Below are positions 56,803-64,000 of a DNA stretch of 64,000 nt, one piece after another. Under the pieces are notes generated by a model. The model did not search any database and was not told where the DNA came from. It saw only the letters and a list, made by a program, of their open reading frames with translations. Source of the stretch: Mobula hypostoma. Lineage: Eukaryota. The stretch's first letter is position 1. Each line of letters opens with the position of its first letter. Made by a program: the position numbers and the translations under genes. The stretch is taken from assembly GCF_963921235.1 (NCBI RefSeq), contig NC_086114.1:55180001-55244000 (forward strand). The letters are read 5' to 3'.

Positions 56803-59016
56803 GTTTGTGTGGGTTGGAAAACACCGTTGAGAAGGAGCTTTTGGTGAGCAACTACACTAGTAAACTGGAGTCAGAATAGCAGATGGAATCAGGGAGGTTA
56901 TTTAGCACATAGTCTTTCCCTGAAGGAAGTTAATGAGCCAGATTGACTTTGTGGATATGGTGGATTGACAGGTCTGTTAATGTGCTGCAAGGCGTTACTT
57001 GTCTTTAGTTAACACCAAGAGTTTAGTAAACGTGGCCTGCAAGTTAGGAATACCTCTGGTTGTAGCTTACTTTGAAAGACTCTATCTCACATTCTCGATA
57101 TTTATTGCTAATTTATTTATTATTATTTCTTTCACATTGGTTATTTGCACACTGGTTGAACACCCAAGTTGGTCTTTCATTGATTCTGTTATGAGTATAC
57201 CCGCAAGACAGTGAATCTCAGGATTGTATATGTACTTTGATAATTTACTTTGAATTTTCAATTGTGACTTAACAGCTGGACAGGAAGCAGCCAGACGTCA
57301 GTTATGTTGAGAGCTTTTGGTAAGGAATTTAGGAGTTAATCATGCTATCCACTCCTGACGGGTAACCCAACAGTATTATGGAAGGTGAAGACAAGGCTGG
57401 AATTGGCTAGGGTACCTTGCATCCCCACAAGACTAAGTAATCATTCTTTTCAAGCCAGAATAGAATGGAGAGTACTAATTAATCTGGGAAGGAATTGATG
57501 TCATGATAAAATTCTTGGTATGAACCACCAGTTGATTTATTTTCTTGTTAACTTACTTTATGCATCCATCAGTAGCAAAACTGTGCTCATGGAGCATTAA
57601 GATAGATTGTGCATGATTTCAGTGAACATCACAATTTCTGCATCACAAAACCAAAAAGAATGAGCACATCTTTGTTCATCCCACCTCGGGTCAAATTTGC
57701 ATAAAGTGAGATTAAGTGAGGAGCGAATTCTCCTGGATTAATCACTGGATGGCCTTTGTACAAATTTTCGCCAGTCTTTTAATTGAACTCTGAAGTAGTG
57801 TTGGAAAACATTTTACTTATAGCAATGCATCCATGAATGTGCAAACTAATTGCAAGTTCAAAAGGATCTGTGAAGAGTAATGAACCAAATTGCAGAACAT
57901 TTAGTTACCTAACTAGACATTCTAACTGTTGGCTGGATTACCAGATTACATCCTTGAAGGGGATCAAAAGTAGCTGACTCACTCATGGTGTGTGATCTCT
58001 TGCTCAAATAAAAAGGAGTGCATTGAATTGACAGTCTTAACCTCTGATGAGCTGAAGACCCATTGATTACCCTACTTGTTACAGTGTGATGGGACTTAGA
58101 GCTGATTCACAAAGACTGCTTGGTACTGAGAGGATGTATTGATTTCGGTGACTGCAGGTCTGGGACAGTAACTCAATTTTAGACTGTGATAGTTTGAGAT
58201 GATATTGGTAATTCTTTCACAGGAAGCTGAGCAATCATAATGACAGTTCTTGTTGTAACAGAGCATATATTTGCAGACTCCTATTCATTCACAAGATACT
58301 GTGCAGTGGAATTGGTATCTATTATATTTCAGATATGATTGAATATTACTGCAATGCAAGTAAACAGCTGCCAATTTGTTGCTGTTTGTGAATACATTTT
58401 AGAAATCCTTGACCGATAAAGCTGAGAGGCCTTTCTGCTTAATGTGCCCAGGAGATTTCAGTTGTAGATTAATACAGCATTGAAACCGTTTGGCCCAACT
58501 GGTCCAAGCCAACCACAGCATCGCATCCCCCCTGCTGTCTAATTGTCTGCATTTGGCTCCTAACCCTCCAATTACCTTTTTAAATGCCTCTTAAATGTTG
58601 CTATTGTACCTGCCTCGATCACCTCCTCTGGCAGCTCCGTCCAGGTACTTACTAAACATTATATTAGTCCCTGCTCTTTCTCTGTGTTTTTTGGCACCCA
58701 GAATAATCCTGATGATTAAGCAAGGTCAATGATTTATTGGAAGAAAGAAAAATTTGCCTTTATAAAACAAAACAAAAATCTTTTCTCGGCATTTCAAAGT
58801 GCTTTCCATCTTGTGAAATGATAATGAAATGTAATTGTTGTGCGATGCAAAACGCAGCAGACAGCGTGTGTACAGCAAGCTTCCAAATGTTGTATAGACC
58901 AGGTTAGCCGTGTCTCCATAGGTCAAGCTTCTAAGAAAGAAGAGATCTCTAGAACTCTACCACTCCAAGGACCATGGTTCTGGCTAGGTTACCTTGAAAT
59001 CTAGGTCAAGGCCTTT

Positions 59017-60786
59017 CATCATCATCAGGTGCCATGCCCAGTTTGAGCTTTGACTGCCATGGCCCACACACTCCTGTTTCGGGTCAAGTGGATCAACTCA
59101 TTGGTATTCATTTCCAGTTCTCTGGCTGCTGTCGCCATCATCATTTGTCTTTGTCTTCCTCTTGCTTTCTTCCCTTCAATCTTTCCCATAATTAACGTGT
59201 ATTCTAACTCCTCTTTCCTAGTCACATGGCCAATAAAGTCACGTTGCCTTTTCATGATCTCATACATTATTTCTCTTTTCGTGCTTGCTCTGTTCATAAC
59301 ACCGTCATTAGATATTCATTTCGTCCATGATATTCTTTGCATCCTCCTCAAAAACCACATCTCTGCTGCTTCAATTCGTTTCCTCATGTTACTAGATATT
59401 GTCCAACATTCTGATCCATATAACATAACTGGATAAACATAACATTTCAGTGTTCTGAAGTGGGTTGTCATGCCTAGTTTAGTGTTGGTCAGTATACTCT
59501 TCATTCTCGTAAAGGTGTCTTTTGCCATCCCTATTCTTCTTTTGATGTCCATGTCGCACTTGCTATCTGATGCCACCCAGCTTCCTAAGAAGCAAAACTT
59601 CTGTACTTGTTTTATGTCTTCCCTGTTTATTCTCAGACTGCAGATAGGATTCTCCTTCTTTTTGGATATCACCATACATTCTGTCTTTTTGCAATTGATA
59701 GATAGACCCATTTTTGCACTTTCTTCAACAACTACATCAATTAAGTTTTGTAGTTCTTCCTCCATACTTGCAATTAACACAGTGTCATCCGCACATCTAA
59801 AATTATTGATGTTTTCACCGCCAAGTTTGATTCCCAAGATGTCTCTGATTTTTTTGTAATGTTGTTTCACTGTACACATTAAACAAAACAGGAGAGAACA
59901 CACCCTTGTCTAACGCCTCTCTTGATTTTCGTAAACTGACTCACTTCTCCATCTATTCTTACAGTGACAGTTTGTTCCCAGTACGAATTTCTGATTAGGC
60001 GGAGGTCTTTCGAATCTAGGTCTAGAGTTTCCTGTAATATTTTGAATAACTTAATTGTGTTTCACTTTATCAAATAGTTTTGTATAATTGATAAAACAAA
60101 CAAATCTTTTTGCACTTGAATAGCTCGTTCTGATAGTATCCTTAACATCGATACTGCGTTTCTTGTAACTTTGTCTTTCACAAAACCACATTGTTCTTTA
60201 CCTATTTCAGCTTCTATCTTACTTTTAGCTCTTGTCATCAAAATTCTTAGAAGTATCTTAGTGATATGACTCATTAGACTTATGGTCCTATGTAACTCAC
60301 ATTCTATTGCTCCAGGTTTCTTAGGAAGAGTGATAAATACTGATGTTTTTCCATCTCTTCTGGTATTATTCTAGTCTCATAAACATCATTGATTAAATCA
60401 GTAAGTTTTTCAATTCCATAATCTTCAAGGGCGATAATTTGTTCTATTACTAATTCATCAGGACCTGCTTGCCTTTCCTTTCTTCATCTTATTTATTGGA
60501 TTACGAACTTCAGATTTTAAAATATTTGAACCTTCAATGTTCTTCTTAATTTCTGGTTTTTCCCCTTGACCATCTTCAGACAATTCCTGAATATACTGAG
60601 TCCATCTGTTCATAATCTCATCTTTTTCCATGATAATGGTACCGTCCTTTGCTTTCAAACATCCACCTGAAGAACAGAGGAGCTTTTTAGCAGTGATATT
60701 CTTGATTTGTTGATGTGCCCTTTTTGGATCAGTAATAGGGATTCTTTCTAATTGCTCACATTCCTGGTTTAACCATTCTTCTTTGA
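59017..60786 (-). mobile_element. 5'-truncated RTE-clade LINE (decayed RT) with 10-bp TSD
   Basis: GENINNFRCADDTVLIA, IGKEQCGF, MLYGSECWT, GKIEGKKARGRQR; (GAT)n tail; CAAGGCCTTT at 59007-59016 and 60787-60796. Confidence 0.93.
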
Positions 60787-61062
60787 CAAGGCCTTTAGCA
60801 GGAACATAAAGGTAATTTGTAGTGTGAGATTTCATTGCCATCTATTGCAAACTGGTGATGTTTTTAAAATATTTGAATTTGTAGGGAAGAATTGGTTTTC
60901 TTCTGTGACTGGGATGTAGCCCTTCCTGCCTGAATTGTGATTCAATTTCAGACATTACTCTATTTTAGACTGTGTTAGTGATGGAGTTAATTGATCTTGT
61001 GTTACTGACTTTATGTTTGGGGTACTTTCTGTGCAGTATAAATTACTCTGCCTTTCTTACAG

Positions 61063-61198
61063 ATTGGATGATCTTGTAGAAGAAATGAAGTCTGGAACAC
61101 AGAGTAATACCTCCTCCGGCAAGTGGGACAAGCAGAGTAGACAACAGCAACATTTGAGTGAATTGGTCAACCCCAATATATTTCAGTCTCCTCCTGTT
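61063..61198 (+). CDS. TRIP4: TRIP4 coding exon 8 (gene continues beyond the window; ASCH domain exons not seen)
   Basis: LDDLVEEMKSGTQSNTSSGKWDKQSRQQQHLSELVNPNIFQSPPV (human LVNPNMYQSPPQ); 136 nt; ttacag|...|gtaagt. Confidence 0.93.
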
Positions 61199-63049
61199 GT
61201 AAGTGTTAACTGTCTTTGATAGTATTTGTTATTGATTAATTTCTCTGATGGATGGATTAGCATGTTATTGAACACACATTAGAGCATAGGTCAGTACAGC
61301 ACAGGAACAGGCCCTTCAGCTCTCAATGATATGTCGAACAAATTAAACACCAAACTAAACAAATCCCCCCGTCCACATAATGTCCATATCCCTACATTCA
61401 CTCCCTGTCATCTTGATTCCGCAACCACTCCTGGCAACACATTCCAGGCACCTACAACTCACAATGTAAAATAAATAAATTTCTCCACACATCTTCTTTG
61501 AATTTACCCCTTCTAACCTCAAATCCATACCTTTTAATATTAGAATTTTTCGCCCTGAAAAAAGATGCTGGCTCTCTACTCAAGGTACTCTCAACTTTAT
61601 AAACTTCTGTTGAACCTCCCCTCAGCCTCCACTACTCCAGAAACATTGTGAGCCAAAGGACCTATTCCTGTGCTAAGCTTTTCTGTGGTACATTTGATTG
61701 TGCAGTAAAAGGCAGAGCTGCCACCTGGGAGAAGCTCAGGCAGACAGCTGTTGATACTGACACTCGGAAAGCACTGAGATGCTTCAGTTACGTGCCATTC
61801 AGTAACTTATAAGTTCTAGACAGATTTGATCAATCTGCAGAAATATAAAAGACTTGGTGCCTTCAGTGTAAGAATACACTTGCATGTCCAGAATCACTTT
61901 GAGTAGAATTATTGGTAGATTCATAGAATGAAACTATTCACCTCATCATGGCTATCTCTTTCCCAGTCACCCTGTATTTTTTCCACTTGATGACCCAATA
62001 AAAGCTTTATGAAGATATAAAGGGTAGAGAAGATCAGATGGTTATCTTTGATCTTTTACATTGGAAGGGAATGTAGCAAAGGAATGTATCAGCATTTTGT
62101 TGATACTGAATATATCAAAAAAGAGCTACTACAATGATTCAAAAGTGAAGAAAGAAGCTATGAGGAGGACATACTAAGTCTGAAAGGATTTAGATGGACT
62201 AATTGAGTGGATAAAACAAAGTCAGATGCATTGTAATTAAATAAAATGTGAGGTTATGTGGTTCCATAGGACGAAGAGAAAAATACAGTATTATTGAAAT
62301 CACGTTGAAGCATTAAATATTGCTATATAAAAAGTTAAAGGTCTTTTTATAAAACTCTCAAAGTTAGCATGCTGGTGCAGCACATAACAAAGGTGGCAAA
62401 TGAAATGTTAGCTTTTATTGCAAGGAGAATGTCGTAAAGAAATTGGGAAGTCTTGCTGCAACTCAGGAGAGCTCCAGAGTACTACGAACGATTTCTGTCC
62501 CCTTGTTCAAGGGAGGCACACTTGTAGGCAGTCGTGGAAAAGTACCTGTGATAGCTGGAATGTAAATCTGTGTGTTCTGCTAAAGCATGCAGTGAGGTGC
62601 CCATGGCATGGACACTTTGAGGGGCCGGTGAGGAAGGAGCTAAGGTGCAGCTTTGTATTTAAAGAAAATTCTACAGGATTTGAAGTTTTATGTTATATTT
62701 GAAGGATTATTCTGATCAAGAATCTGACTGAATTTAGTTTTCTTTTCTCTATCTACATTGTTGCAGCATCTTCTCATCAAGCTTTCCCTGACTCATTCCA
62801 TGTAGAACTAAAACTTAGAACTAGATCCCTTTATTATTTGTTTTTGCCCTTTAAGAATAAGCTCACAAAGTTAGCATGCTGGTGCAGCAAATAACTAAGG
62901 TGGCAAATTAAGTGTTGACCTTGTTGCAAGCAGAATGGAATGTATGAGTAGGGAAATCTGTTGTAACTCTGGAGGGTTCCAGGATATTACTTACGGTTTC
63001 TGTCCACTTAAATAAGGAAGGAAAACTTAGTTGTTTACTTATAATTATA

Positions 63050-63310
63050 TAGTGCAGAATAAACCCTTCTGGCCTGTGAACCACGCCACCCAGCAATCCC
63101 CCAGTTTAATCCTAGCCTAATTATGGGCCAAGTTACAATGACCAATTAACCTATGTCTTTGGACTATGGGAGGAAACTGGAGCACCTGGAGGAAACCCAC
63201 GTGATCACAGGGAGAATGTGCAAACTCCTTATGGGCAATGGCGGGAATTGAATCTGGGCCGCTGGTACTGTTAAACATTGTGCTAACCACTATGCTACCA
63301 TGCCACCCCA
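63050..63310 (-). mobile_element. V-SINE (HE1-like)
   Basis: gggaggaaactggagcacctggaggaaacccac..acagggagaatgtgcaaactcctt..gcgggaattgaa..gctaaccactatgctacc. Confidence 0.8.
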
Positions 63311-63476
63311 AACCTGCCTTAGAGGTAGTGAGAGAGAGTTCAGTTATTGGTTTCTGGGATTGAGTGAACAGGAGGTGATACAATGGCCTTTACTTCATTA
63401 ATAATAACTCCGGCCCTAGTGAGATTATACATCAGAAAGTTTGTTTTCAGGTCTGGTTTCTGTACCTAAGGAAAGG

Positions 63477-63669
63477 GTATATGTGATGGAGGGAATGAAA
63501 CAAAAGTTTACAAGATTGATTCCTAGGCTTGGCAGGGTCTGTCCCATGAGGAGAGATTAAGCAGGTTATGTATATGTGATAGAGGGAATGAAACAAAAGT
63601 TTACAAGATTGATTCCTAGGCTTGGCAGGGTCTGTCCCATGAGGAGAGATTAAGCAGGTTATGTATATG
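63477..63669. repeat. 93-bp tandem duplication inside a decayed CR1 3' fragment (~63450-64000)
   Basis: Two 93-bp copies starting at 63477 and 63570, one mismatch, bounded by GTATATG at 63477, 63570 and 63663. Confidence 0.9.
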
Positions 63670-64000
63670 CATTTGAGCTGAGCAGGATGGGAATCAACCT
63701 CATTAAAACATAGACAGAGTTTGACAGGGTAGATGCAGGAATGATGTTTCTGCTGTAGTGCCCACAGGTAGGAGCCACATCTTCAAAATAGGAGGTTGGC
63801 CATTCAGGATAGAGATAAGAGACAAGTTCTTCACCCAGAGAATACTGAATCATTGCAATTTTCTACCTAAGAAGGATTGTGGAGATTTAGTCACTGGGTA
63901 TATTTAAGACTGAGACAGGTTAGAATGTGGGATTAGTGGAAGAACGTGACTGAGCTAAAAGGACAATTATGATCTTGTTGATTGACTGAGTGGCTGAATG

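Noticed and set aside
58043-58106. Possible C/D-box snoRNA or hammerhead (CTGATGA...CTGA)
   Set aside because: Box C lacks the leading purine, there is no terminal stem and no GAAA/stem II, so it looks like a chance motif

Overview
Eukaryotic (vertebrate) genomic DNA. The repeat complement (CR1, Rex-Babar, Penelope, V-SINE/Deu-SINE, hAT-Charlie MITEs) points to a cartilaginous fish, probably a ray; this taxon call is an inference. Two spliced protein-coding genes can be rebuilt by hand with GT-AG junctions and consistent phases. PCLAF/KIAA0101 (PAF15) is complete on the minus strand (4 coding exons, 11552->6219, 122 aa). TRIP4/ASC-1 is on the plus strand (coding exons 1-8, 19680->61198) and continues past the window end. 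The two genes diverge, as in human. A possible non-coding first exon of a further minus-strand gene lies at the window start (CSNK1G1 by synteny, inferred only). The rest is mostly nested, decayed transposable elements. The most interesting signals are: (1) a U_UUA_AAC -1 slippery site in the correct frame at the ORF1/ORF2 junction of a young CR1 LINE; (2) Penelope-derived minimal hammerhead ribozyme motifs, one with an intact core next to the PCLAF promoter; (3) a 41 x 46-bp minisatellite born inside a Rex-Babar ORF, with higher-order structure; (4) an unexplained 34-bp-stem hairpin in TRIP4 intron 5; (5) inverted hAT copies flanking the in-frame TRIP4 zinc-finger exon; (6) a small post-insertion inversion. 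No prokaryotic-type system (CRISPR etc.) is present. Repeat boundaries without a stated TSD are approximate, and family names are from recognition, not a database search.
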